Below, one piece after another: positions 11,487-23,274 of a DNA stretch of 64,000 nt. The first letter of the stretch is position 1. Each line of letters starts with the position of its first letter. The notes under the pieces are model-generated. The model was not told the DNA's origin. It searched no databases and was given only the letters and a program-made list of their open reading frames with translations. Both the position numbers and the translations under genes were made by a program. Source of the DNA: Heterodontus francisci (lineage: Eukaryota); assembly GCF_036365525.1 (NCBI RefSeq), contig NC_090386.1, positions 83,596,999-83,660,998 on the forward strand. The letters are read 5' to 3'.

Positions 11487-12050
11487 GGTCAAGATTTTCC
11501 CTGTGGACTTCAGGACCCCGTCATCAGGGTCAAATGCGGGTCAGAAGCCTGCATTGTGCGGAAAACAGTCACTCACCTCTGATTTCCCCTGAACTAGCCA
11601 ATTAATAGCCAGAGGCTGGGCTTGTTGTCCAGTTAAGGATGGCTGGCAGGCTCTTGAAACTAGAGGGCCTTTCGGAGGCCCTCCAGATTAAAAGCAGCAG
11701 CAGAATGGATGGCAGGTAAGTGAAGGAGACAGTGCCCTATGATGGAGGCACCGTCTCTCCAACTTTTTGAAATTAAAATTAAAATAGGCCTTTGCAGCCG
11801 CCACGCCATAGGGTGTCCTGCGGCTGTAGCAGGAAGGCAAGGAGGGCCTCTGAGCATGCCTAGAGTGCTGTACCCTGGTCTGCCGCTGGGAGAATGCTTC
11901 CAGGCAGCTGTCCTGTTCCCTGCTGCCTGAGGTGACCTAGAGGTGGCCTCTTAATTGGCCATCTCCCGGAAGATTTCCCAGGCGGGCAAGCTGACAGCCT
12001 GTGCAGGGTTTTTTAAAGAGCACAAGGTTCCGCCCAGTGAAAGCACAGCT
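11487..12050. mobile_element. Partial GC-rich MITE-like element
   Basis: Begins GGTCAAGATTTTCC, resembling the GGGCNGRATTTT termini of the other MITEs; the right end was not found. Confidence 0.4.
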
Positions 12051-12059
12051 GCTCTGCGA

Positions 12060-12495
12060 CCCAACTCCATATACTTGCGTTTCCCCCTTATCCTTTAAAA
12101 CATTTGGTTAACAAAAATCTATCAATTTCAGATATAAAATCAACAATTAATGTCGCAACAACTTCCATTTGCGGTAGAGTTCCAAACTTCGACCACCCTT
12201 TGCGTGTAGAAGTGTTTCCTAATTTCACTCCTGAAAGTTCTGCCTCTAATCTTTCGACTATGCCCCTTAGTGCTAGACTCTCCAACCAGTGAAAATAGTT
12301 TCTTTCCATCTACCTTATCTGTTCACCTTAATACCTGATAACTTCAATCAAATCATCCCCTAACCTTCTAAATTCCAATGAATGCAATCCTAGGTTGTGT
12401 AATCTCTGTTCCTAATTTAACCCTTAGGTTCCAGGTATCATACTGGTGAATCAACACCGTACTCACTCCAAGGTAATATATCCTTTCTAACGCTT
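12060..12495 (-). mobile_element. CR1 LINE 3' remnant
   Basis: Minus strand gives RKHFYTQRVVEVWNS..FISEIDRFL, typical of the CR1 ORF2 C-terminus. Confidence 0.75.
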
Positions 12496-12670
12496 ATAAT
12501 ACGATTATGACCGCGTTGGGAGGAGTGCACTGTCTTTTCTAGTTCCACTTCTCCACAGGTCACAACATATATTTAAATGTTTACCCAATGACCGATATGG
12601 TCAATCATATACTCGACTCTTGATCCCAGAATAAAATACACCAACCAGGTTTGTTTAATAAACAACAAAA

Positions 12671-15600
12671 TTCTTCTTCTTCTTTGGCCTCCTTGTCTCA
12701 AGAGACAATGGGTAAGCGCCTGCAGGTGGTCAGTGGTTTGTGGAGCAGCGCCTGGAGTGGCTATAAAGGCCAATGCTAGAGTGACAGACTCTTCCACAGG
12801 TGCTGCAGATAAAATTGGTTGTCAGGGCTGTTTCGCAGTTGGCGCTCCCCTTGCGCTTCTGTCTTTTTTCCTGCCAACTGCTAAGTCTCTTCGACTCGCC
12901 ACACTTTAGCTCCACCTTTATGGCTACCCACCAGCTCTGGCGATCGCTGGCAACTGACTCCCACGACTTGTGATCAATGTCACAGGACTTCATGTCGCGT
13001 TTTCAGACGTCTTTAAAGCGGAGACATGGACGGCCGGTGGGTCTGATACCAGTGACGAGCTCGCTGTACAGTGTGTCCTTGGGGATCCTGCCATCTTCCA
13101 TGCGGCTCACATGGCCAAGCCATCTCAAGCGCCGCTGACTCAGTCGGGTGTATATGCTGGGGATGTTGGCCGCCTCGAGAACTTCTGTGTTGGAGATACG
13201 GCCCTGCCATCTGATGCCAAGGATTCTCCGGAGGCAGCGAAGATGGAATGAATTGAGACGTCGCTCTTGGCTGACATACGTTGTCCAGGCCTCGCTGCCG
13301 TAGAGCAAGGTACTGAGGACACAGGCTTGATACACTCGGACTTTTGTGTTCCATGTCAGTGCACCATTTTCCCACAGTCTCTTGGCCAGTCTGGACATAG
13401 CAGAGGAAGCCTTTCCCATGCGCTTGTTGATTTCTGCATCTAGAGACAGGTGATAGTTGAGCCTAGGTAGGTGAACTCTTGAACCACTTCCAGAACGTGG
13501 TCGCCGATATTGATGGATGGAGCATTTCTGATGTCCTGTCCCATGATGTTCGTTTTCTTGAGGCTGATGGTTAGGTCAAATTTGTTGCAGGCAGCCGTAT
13601 ACCTGTTGATGAGATTCTGCAGACACTCTTCAGTGTGAGATGTTAAAGCAGCATCATCAGCAAAGAGAAGTTCCCTGATGAGGACTTTCCGTACTTTGGT
13701 CTTCGCTCTTAGACGGGCAAGGTTAAACAACCTGCCACCTGATCTTGCGTGGAGGAAAATTCCTTCTTCTGAAGACTTGAATGCATGTGAAAGCAGCAGG
13801 GAGAAGAAAATCCCAAACAGTGTAAGTGCGAGAACACAGCCCTGTTTCACACCACTCAGGATAGGAAAGGGGTCTGATGAGGTGCCACTCTGCTGAATTG
13901 TGCCTTTCATATTGTCATGGAATGAGGTGATGATACTTAATAGCTTTGGTAGACATCCGATCTTTTCTCGCAGTCTGAAGAGACCTCGTCTGCTGACGAG
14001 GTCAAAGGCTTTGGTGAGATCAATGAAAGCAACGTAGAGGGGCATCTGTTGTTCTAGGCATTTCTCCTGCAGCTGGCGAAGGGTGAACAGCATGTCAATG
14101 GTCGATCTCTCTGCTCGAAAGCCACACTGTGCCTCAGGGTAGACACGCTTGACCAGCTTCTGGAGCCTGTTCAAAGCAACTCGAGCAAAGACTTTTCTCA
14201 CAATGCTGAGCAGGGAGATTCCACAGTAGTTGTTGCAGTCACTGCGGTCACCCTTGTTCTTATAGAGGGTGATGATATTGGCATCGCGCATGGCCTGTGG
14301 TACTGCTCCCTCATCCCAGCACAGGTAAAGCAGTTCGTAGAGTGCTGAGAGTACAGCAGGCTTAGCACTCTTAATTATTTCAGGGGTAATGCCGTCCTTT
14401 CCAGGGCTTTTCCGCTGGCTAGAGAATCAATGGCATCACTGAGTTCCGATTTTGTTGGCTGTACGTCCAGCTCATCCATGACTGGCAGAGGCTGGGCTGC
14501 ATTGAGGGCGGTATCAGTGACAACATTCTCCCTGGAGTACAGTTCTAGGTAGTGCTCAACCCAGCGGTTCATTTGGATACGTTGGTCAGTGATTGTGTCC
14601 CCTGATTTAGATTTGAGGGGGGCGATCTTCTTGATGGTTGGCCCAAAGCTCATTGGCCATCATACATTCCCTCTGATGTTTCCGGTGCCTGAGGCCAGCT
14701 GAATATGACTGCATAGGTGTTGCCAGTAGTCATTTACGCAGCGCCTGGCTGTTCTTTGTGCAGCGCTTCTGGCTGTTTTAATTGCTACGGATGTTTACTC
14801 GCTGGGGGCTTTCTTGTAGTTCAGCCATGCAATGCGCTTAGCGGCTATGACAGGTTCCAGCTCTTCAAAGTGAGATTGAAACCAGTCTGCATTCTGCTTC
14901 ACGCGTTTGCCATAGGTGGTCATAGCTGACTCATAGATGGCTTCTCTGATGTGGGCCCACTTGGTCTCTGAATCTCCTGTGGGAGTGTTTTGAAGGGCTT
15001 CTTCAAGTGAATTTAGAAATTTTTGTAACAGCTGTGGATAAGAAATTCTGCCCGTGTTGATGCGCGGGTGGCCCTTCTGCTTGGAGTGATGCAGCTTCTT
15101 TGGTTTGAGTCTAACCTTGCTGCACACTAGGGAGTGGTTGGTGTCGCAGTCCGCACTGTGGAAGCTACGTGTCATTTGAACGCTGTTTAAAGAGGCTCGC
15201 CTTGTGACGATGAGGTCTAGCTGGTGCCAACGACGTGATCTTGGGTGCCTCCAAGAAACCTGGTGACGGGGTTTACTGTGAAAGAACGAGTTGGTGATGC
15301 AGAGGTTATGATAGGTACACAACTCAAGCAGTCTCTGTCCATTCTCATTCATCCTTCCAATGCCATAGCGCCCAAGGCAGGAGGGCCATGAGTCATGGTC
15401 GGCCCCAACCCTGGCATTAAAGTTCCCCAGCAGGAACAGATGTTCAGTATTGGGGATGCTACTAATGATATTATGGAGTTCCTCGTAGAACTGGTCTTTA
15501 GCTTCAGGTGGGGAGCTGAGTGTTGGAGCATAGATGCTGAGTAGGTGTGCTGGACCGGAGGCGGTGAGCAGTCAGATGGACAGTATGCGTTCTGAGCCAT

Positions 15601-16455
15601 TTATAGGTGGCTCTATCATACTGAGCAAAGTGTTTCTGATGGCGAAGCCCACTTCATGCTGTCTTGGTTCTTCAGGATCCCTACCCTGCCAGTAGAAGGT
15701 GTAGTCTTGCTCTCTTAGAGATCTGCTCATAGGGAGGTGTGTCTCCTGAAGTGCTGCAATGTCCACATTGAGTCTACTGAGCTCGTTGTTAATGATGGCA
15801 GCCTTCCGAGAATCGTTGATTTGTGTAAGGTCTTCCAACAAGGCAGGACACATAGTTCTGACGTTCCAGCTAGCAAAATGAAGGGCTGGTACCTTCTTTC
15901 CTTTTTTTACCGTGCTGTTTGGTGCGGTGTTGCAGTCCGCTTTTCAGGCAACGACCCTGAGCTCCAAGCACCCATTGAAGCAGGTGGACTGTGGCGGGAC
16001 AGAACCTTATTGACCGGGGGCTGCCTGGTTTGAGGCGGGCGGTAGCTGTCCAGTGAGGTGCGATGACCTCTCCCACCGACAAAGGCAACCCGTGGCGCCC
16101 AATCTCTACGCCAATTGAGCTGGACTTATAACCCGTAACTGCTGCCTTCCGTGTTGTTTCGGTCGTTGTGAGGCGACTATGGAGTGACCTCTCCATGGCG
16201 CATGCCTGGGCGAATGTATGGGGGTTGTGAGTTGCCCAAGCATCAAAACCCCCCCCTCGGCCTTTCTAGTGGGGTCCAAAGGAGTGCAGAGCATGACGTT
16301 TGGCACCGGTATGGCTGCAGGAACTGCCGGAAACATGCCAAAGATGACACATGACTGCCTACGGGGTTCCGCTCCGGATTTTCTGTTAGGGTTTACTCCC
16401 TTAGCCTTGGAGTCTCCCGAAACGCCCACAAGGTAGTGGGGTTGTTAGGGCCCCT
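12671..16455 (-). mobile_element. RTE-clade LINE copy 2, apparently full length and frameshifted
   Basis: (GAA)n tail, fragmented APE-RT ORF (pieces 15572-15853, 14795-15352, 14375-14653, 13440-14291, 13003-13419, 12730-12993) with FADD, and a longer 5' UTR than copy 1. The 5' boundary is approximate. Confidence 0.95.
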
Positions 16456-16484
16456 GCTCAGGCACAGGTGGATGCCGGTGGCAG

Positions 16485-16623
16485 GAGGGGGTGCGAAAGG
16501 GAGGGGTGGAGGGAAGGGGGTGCTAGGGGGAGCTGGGAAGGGGGCTGCAGGGGGTAGGGGGTGGGGGAAGAGGTTGCGAGGGGAGAGCTGGGAGGGGGGA
16601 GCGGGGTGGGGGGGGAAGTGGGT
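16485..16623 (+). repeat. G-tract low-complexity segment with G-quadruplex potential
   Basis: More than a dozen runs of 3 or more G separated by short loops. Confidence 0.8.
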
Positions 16624-16880
16624 GCAGGTAATAAAACATTTCATCAGTTCCCACCATCCCAGAAGACCTCGCTGTTCCTGGTGTGTTGGTTGCTGCTGTT
16701 TTTAACAGGATTCCTCATAAGGATTACTAATGGAGATGACAAAGGGGAATGGTTCATAACCCAGCACAAAACCACTGCTGCACATCAATTGTCATCAGTC
16801 TGGGAGAATGTTATCAGTGGAGTCCCACAGGGGTCTGCATTGCAACCTGTTTCATATCTTCATAAAAACTTTGCAGCTAG

Positions 16881-17081
16881 GAGTCACAGCTCATCCGTGT
16901 CCTCCGGGAGGTGGGCGACAGCCTCGGGTGCCAGAATCAGCAGAGGTTCGCCGCCATTGCGCTGCAGATGCGCTATGAGCCGCACATCTCCCGCGGGCGC
17001 TTTGAAGTTGTGGCCGAGGAGCCGTTCCGTGATGGAGTCAACAGGGGCCGGGTCGTGGCTTTTTACATGTTATGGGGCACC
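16881..17081 (+). pseudogene. Bcl-2-family (Bcl-2/Bcl-xL/Bcl-w-like) BH3-BH1 fragment
   Basis: ESQLIRVLREVGDSLGCQNQQRFAAIALQMRYEPHISRGRFEVVAEEPFRDGVNRGRVVAFYMLWGT aligns without gaps to the recalled Bcl-2 segment [33 protein letters not shown]. Confidence 0.9.
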
Positions 17082-18749
17082 TTTTTCTCAACGCTTCCCC
17101 TCTGTACTAGGTCTTATTACCCTAGGGTTCCGCTGCTCCTTCCTCTCTGCCTCTCTGCACTGGACTTACCGCACGCCGTGGCCACGGACAAAAAATTACC
17201 AGTTTATTATAAAACAAGACATAACCAGTAACGAAGCAAAGCATTAACACACAGAGTGAAATATGAAAGTTCCCTTTTATCTTAGTCCCTCACACACACA
17301 CACAGGTACGCACACACACACACACACACACACTGGTTAACCGAAAAAAAAATAGATTTTCTTTTTAGAGCTCTGTTGCAAAAAAAAGACTAAAAAAAAT
17401 ACTTTGGCCAAATACTTGCTAATTCTTGAAGGAAAAAGAGAAGATATGGAAAGATGCCAGTTGTCCCTTTTTTGGTTTGGCATCCCAAATACGCGTACGC
17501 GTAGATGGCTGTCACTGGGATCTTTCTAGAACAGTTCTTTTCAGGCGATGTTGAAGATCAGTTTGGCAGGTTTTCTAGGCAAAATGAGGCAACAGGGGTT
17601 TCTGGTAGGCCTTTCAGGAGATAGAAAAGGCTGAACTGAGGTGACTGTTCTCTTGGCTTTTTTTAAAGAACTCTTTTTAAAATACTCCACACCCCAACTC
17701 ACTGTCCAAAGTGAAACCAAAAACAACATCTTAAGAGTCAAGCCTCCTGACCCCTATAAATCTTGACTTGTCACTTCTCTGTTAACATCTTCCCCAGGTC
17801 AAAAAAAACCCCTGATGGGTATTTATCTGAAGACAGGTGACTTGCAGCAAATGTTCTTTTCAAACAAGACCTCTCAGTGTCCGTTCAATGACCCCAGTCA
17901 AAAAAACCTCCATGGAATCCTTTTCAGTTTTCCCAAATAAAAAATGTCCATAATTCTAAAATACATAAGTCTTCAAAAAATACTGAACAAAAAACATAGA
18001 AGTACCATCATAACAATACGTTTTATAATTCTGTCACTATAATGATGTAATTGCATAAACCACCACTCATAATATACTCCCAAATATAGTTTTATAAAGA
18101 AAGAAAAGTAATTCTAATAGCTTTATCATAAGGCTCTTAAGTAGCTAACTCAACATTCATGCTCACCTTGTCCATGTAAATATTTACATTCCAGTCCTGT
18201 TTTGCATAGTACGAACATATCTCTTGCAGAGCAGATTATATAGAGACCTTGAATTTAATTATATGCTAGTCAATTCTTTACTTTCCCAAGTGATACATAC
18301 AAACATTAACCAAAGGAAATATCCATTTGAAAACTAAATCTCTTTTTGCTTTGGGCACTTCAGATGCTTTTGGATCAGGACTGTGATGTTGCTTCTAACC
18401 AGAATTCATTGTGAGGGGAACCCCTTTAATCAAGATCTATAGGATTTCAGGCCTACATTGCCTTGATCCTATTGACAGATTGTACATAGATTTAAATATC
18501 AAACACTCAATCACATTCTCTGTTGCTCAGCAGAGAAGCTCTGATATAGATTTTATGAGCTGACAACAAATACAACAGATTTGCCATTGGCAGGGTCTTT
18601 TGCATTGATGAGCATGCTCAGTGCAATCACAACTACTTTAGCTCCCCAGGATTCACTGAGGAGGGAAAAAATGTTTCTCATTTCATGCTTTTGTCAAGTT
18701 AAGGCTAACAATCATGGCTCGACTACATCAGCAATTTAGAACACATCCA

Positions 18750-19250
18750 ATCCATTGTCAAGGGTGCTTTCATTCATATCGTGGAGCATTGTGTGTCTTG
18801 GCCACTTCCTGTGCTCACCGCACCTGAAACCTGAAGTTATGTCTTCAAGGCTTGACTTCTCTAACATTTCCCTGCTGCTCCCCATACATCCAGAAAGTCC
18901 TACTTATTTAGAGATCCTCATTTTGTGCCTTCTACCAAGTAAATTTCCACACTCCGATTCTCTCCCTCTTCCTGGTCATCCTCCCTGTACTTTAGTGAAC
19001 TGATTTTAAGATCCTCGTGTTCACCTTCAAATCTGACTTTAGCCTTACGCAACCCAACCTGAACAATCTACCCAGCCACTCTTCTCCTCTGTACCTCCAA
19101 AACTGGATTCATGCTTGCTTCATGTTTCCCTCCACTCCACAACAATAGCTTTTCCTTCAATTCTGATACCACCCCGGTTCTGAAACTCGCTCACAAAATC
19201 TCTCAACCTTGTCTCTTCCCTTCCTTTCTTTAAAAATTTCCTATAAAGAA
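18750..19250 (+). mobile_element. Very old L2 LINE remnant
   Basis: SRLDFSNISL and FKILVFTFK-like remnants of the L2 ORF2 C-terminus. Confidence 0.5.
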
Positions 19251-19409
19251 AAATCCTCTTTGCTCTATTGCTAAGCTCATTTTGCCTTGGTTCTGTTGGC
19301 TTCCATCACAGATCTCATGCAGCCAGTAGCAACATCAATGGGTAAGATTGCCAGATTGGCTGAGGCTGTGTAGATTGTAAATTGGTGAGAAGTAGATGTG
19401 GGAAATGAG

Positions 19410-19596
19410 GGCCAGAATTTTATGCCCCCTGCAGGAGCTGGCTGGAGGTGGGGTGGTGGTGTAAATTGAGTGGGAGGTGGGGAGTGACGTTCCCGTCAGA
19501 CGGGCGGATGTCCTGCTCCAGGTCCGGCGGAGGCGGGCTCGCCCCCGACTTTTTGCCCGGTGGACGGTGCCTCCAGCCCAACGTAAAACTCCAGCC
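19410..19596. mobile_element. Short Harbinger-type MITE
   Basis: TIRs GGCCAGAATTTTA / TAAAACTCCAGCC, GAG on both flanks. Confidence 0.7.
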
Positions 19597-21026
19597 GAGG
19601 TATTCACTGAACAGGACCTGACAAGTTCATCTTTGATGTTGGTTCCAGCTGTGCAAGGGTGCACATCTGATTCCAGTGGCATTAACCATATACAGAAGTG
19701 ACTTTTTTTTCAATCCAGCCAAAGAAAAGATACCCAGTTGGCTGCATCCAATCGTGTAAACAATCCAAGCTCCTTTATTGCAATGGCATTATGGGCCCCC
19801 GAAAATATGGGTTCATGATTGAGTAAGACAGTGGCCTTAACAATGCAAAACCAGGAATCTAATCCTGCGCATTTGGTCTCTGCCAGTTTCCTTTGAAAAG
19901 TAAAGTCCAGCCTTACAATCTGAATATCAAACAGGCAGAGCAATGGCCAGATGTCGCTCTCCCGAGACTGGAAGTATTATATGAAAATATAAAAGCAATC
20001 AAACTGCTATCAAGCTGTAGAAAGGACATGAAATCTAGGGTTAACCACAAGGCACACTGTCCCAGTCAAATAGCTTGCTGACCATGCACATTATCTCAAA
20101 TAACATTTTAGGGAGAACAAACAGAAAATGTTGAAAGCACACAGTTGGTCCTTCGACATCTGTAAAGAGAAAAGGCAGGTTAAAGTTTTAGGTGTAGACG
20201 AGTCCGCAGAAATGGAAAATAAGTGAGCCCTTTAATGGTACTGAACAAAATGGAGGGAAGAAAGAAAGGGAAATTATAGGTAAGGTACCCAAACACGTTT
20301 TTTGAAAAGTTGGTTAGGAATGAAAAGTGGTGGAGACAATCTAAGTGAAGCATTTAAAATGATTAAAAGAACCAAAAGTAACAAAAGTGGCTATGTACCT
20401 CAGTGAAATATAAACAGAAAATACTGGAAACAGATATACCATCACTCAAAAAGAGAATAGACAGATCAATGCCTTGCCCCTGACACCCCTGTGCTCTTGC
20501 AAGGTGAAGTGTTATAGCCAGAATGTATTATTTTTATTGACAATAAACAAACATTTTTATTAATACTGTTCTGATGAACTTATCTTTTCTCCTTCAGAAA
20601 CTGATAAATCTGCTTTGAGTTTTCTTTCTTCAGATTCTAGCATTCACAGTTTTTCTTTATCTATATTTTATGATGCAATCTCATCAAATATAGTTTCCTG
20701 CAAAGTTTACAGGAGAAGCTACAATTCTGTGGCAGGGAAAAAGATAAACAAACTTGAATCCTTAAGGAAAAGCCTTTCTTTCTCAGCTCTTGTGTTGATT
20801 GCCTGCCTTTACTACAGAACATCATTCACACTGGTACATCAGTCACTTGCCAAACATTCTTCTTTCATCAACTTAAGAAGAACGTTCACTCACTTCAAAG
20901 CTAACTAACTTCTAAGTAGTTTGGAAAAATAGGTTTAGTGACTTCTCTGAACAATGGATCTTCATAATATGCCTTGATTAGCTGACTTGAAGAAGAACCT
21001 AACCAAAATGGAAATAAATCAAATTT

Positions 21027-21432
21027 AGAAAGAAAGAACTTGCATTTGTATAGCGCCTTTCATGACCTAAGGCATCCTCAAATACATCAGAGCTAATGAA
21101 GTACTTTTTAAATATGCTAACTGTTGTAACATAGGCTAACATGGCAACTGATTTGTGCACAGCAAGGTTCCACAAATATCAATGAGAGAAATGACCAATA
21201 AAGCTATTTTTAACTGCTGTTGGTTGAGGGACCAATATTGGCCTTGACATAGGGGAGAAATCCATGTCCTTCTTCGAATAGTGCCATGCATTTTTTTTTC
21301 CATCTGAGAGAACAGGTGAGGCCTGCACTGCACTGGGAGTGTCAGCCAACATTATGTGCTCATGTCCCTGGAGTGGAGCTTAGACAGCCTGACTTATAAG
21401 TAAGAATGCTACCACTGAATAAAGGCTGACGC
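21027..21432 (-). mobile_element. SacSINE1/DeuSINE-like SINE
   Basis: Reverse complement of the family seen at 9560 and 46068; AGAAAGAACTTGCATTT tail. Confidence 0.8.
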
Positions 21433-21849
21433 TATAGAAGAGCAAACTGCAAGCATGAGAGAGCCTGCAGCACATGAGTTCTTGTAATTGCGGCTGTAAG
21501 ATTTGCAACTAAGTCACACTGAGGAGTGACCTTTTAATATTACATTCAATATGCAGCAAGCTTGGCCAAGAAGTACATGCATGCTGGTCATTCCTGAAAA
21601 TTACCCTTTCATCCTTCATCTCCCTCCACTGTTACACAATACCCTATGTCCTGGCTGATTGGATAAGTAGGAAGCCTACTTACTAATTCAAGGAGGTGAG
21701 CTAAATCAGGCTAATATGACACACCATGGTTTACCATACAGGAAACATATACCTCTCCTAACACCATGGTCAAGATTGGGGACTCACACTGAGTCCAACT
21801 ACCCCAGTGTAAAACTTGTTCTGATGATAGGTCACTGACCTAAAACATT

Positions 21850-22521
21850 GGGCTGAATTTTTAGCCCCCAATGGGGGCGGGCCACCATGGAATTTCGCAC
21901 TGCCGACAGGCATGCTGGTTCCCGGGCTCCATCTTGCCCCCGGGTCATTTTCCCAGAGGTTGGATGGGGGGACAAGAGTGCTATCCAGCACTTGCGGCCA
22001 CTGCAGGAAGGGGACGATGAAGAGGCCTCCATCTTGAGGTGCTTTCTGAAGAGGTATGAAGTTTAATTAAATAAACGGTGGCTAGCAGGCCAACTCTGTG
22101 GAGGGGAAACCAGGCTAGGCACTGATAAGCCACCTCCAGGCACCTACCGGGCCTGGCCCTCAGTGGGAAGGTCCATCAGCCACCTGGCAGTGCTCCCAAC
22201 CAGCCCACAAATCTCCCATTTGAGAGCAGGTTGCTAACTCTGTCAGTAAGATGCCCAAAAATGGATGCTCCTGAATTTCAAGGTCACTTTATTTGCTGAG
22301 TAAACAACTCCTAGGGTAAAGAATAAATGTGCTTTTTTTGTTTTTCAGCAAAGATGTCTAAGAAAAAGGTTTAAGATGTCATGATTTACCTTGTTTTGAT
22401 GTTGGTGACGTACTGGCTCCGGGAAGATCTCTCAGAGGCTGGAATGCTTCGGTATTATTTCAGATTTTCCTCCCAGCCCCGCCTTCAAGTCTGCCCCCGA
22501 GGGACTGGGAAGACTCTGCCC
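21850..22521. mobile_element. Harbinger-type MITE
   Basis: TIRs GGGCTGAATTTTT / GAAGACTCTGCCC, 3-bp TSD ATT. Confidence 0.7.
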
Positions 22522-23274
22522 ATTGATTGACAGAACAAGCTTGAAGGGCTAAATGGTCTACTCCTGTTTCTATGTTCCTAAGAGTGGTTTATGGCATTCC
22601 ACAACAATATCTTCGAACCGATGATTTTAATAGTCTCTAGTACTTGCTTTTGACGGGTTAAATCCTGATTTTCACATATTTTCAATCTGTTTAGATTTAT
22701 TTTGGCTTTTTTTATTCTCACGCTGAGAAGGGAACTTGCTGGTGTCAGGTAACTCAGCATGACAGGTAGCTGTAGACAGGAATTTCCTGTTGCAAACATT
22801 TTTTTGGTATCGGGAAAGCCAAATGGAACTGGGTAGGAAGTTCCTGTCTATTGTTCCTTTGTCTTACTGTGAATAATACAAAGATTTTTTAAAAATAATA
22901 AAAGTCAATATGGCACAATTTGTTAAATTATTGCGATTAAAAAGTGAAACTGTAAATGATGGGAATCTCCAATAAAAACAATAAACGTTGGGAAAGAAAA
23001 GCAGGTCAGTCATTATCTGGCAAAGACATTTTGTGTGGGATCTTGCATCAGAACATGAATGTGAAGGAGGAAAGCTCTTTATATTGTCTTTGTAGACCTA
23101 TCAATAGTGCCTCTCTAGACCAGGTTTATTTGGTCAAAAGTTGCAACCTCAAGCGTCTCCTTGAAATACAAGCTAGGTCATACTCTATTGTGTCTTATTA
23201 TCTTTGAGCAACAGATATATCCTCCCAGGGAAGGAATCTACTGAAGGGGAATACCTAGAGTTTCTAGGACAGTG

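Larger units (their letters stand above)
12503..18015 (-). mobile_element. Solo LTR (~1 kb) split into 12503-12670 and 17188-18015 by the RTE chimeric insertion
   Basis: Termini GATTATGA (degenerate TGTTATGA) and TCATAACA, ATAC on both flanks, internal (CA)n as in the LTR at 61404. Confidence 0.7.

Noticed and set aside
16881-17231. Functional Bcl-2-family gene
   Set aside because: A stop codon lies immediately upstream, there is no ATG before the BH3-like motif, NWGR is changed to NRGR, and BH2 and the transmembrane tail are missing.
16561-17247. 228-aa plus-strand ORF as a real gene
   Set aside because: It runs through a G-tract, a CR1 scrap and LTR sequence; the Bcl-2 homology is in a different frame.
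17291-17333. (CA)n microsatellites (also ~61645-61672)
   Set aside because: Ordinary simple repeats inside LTRs.
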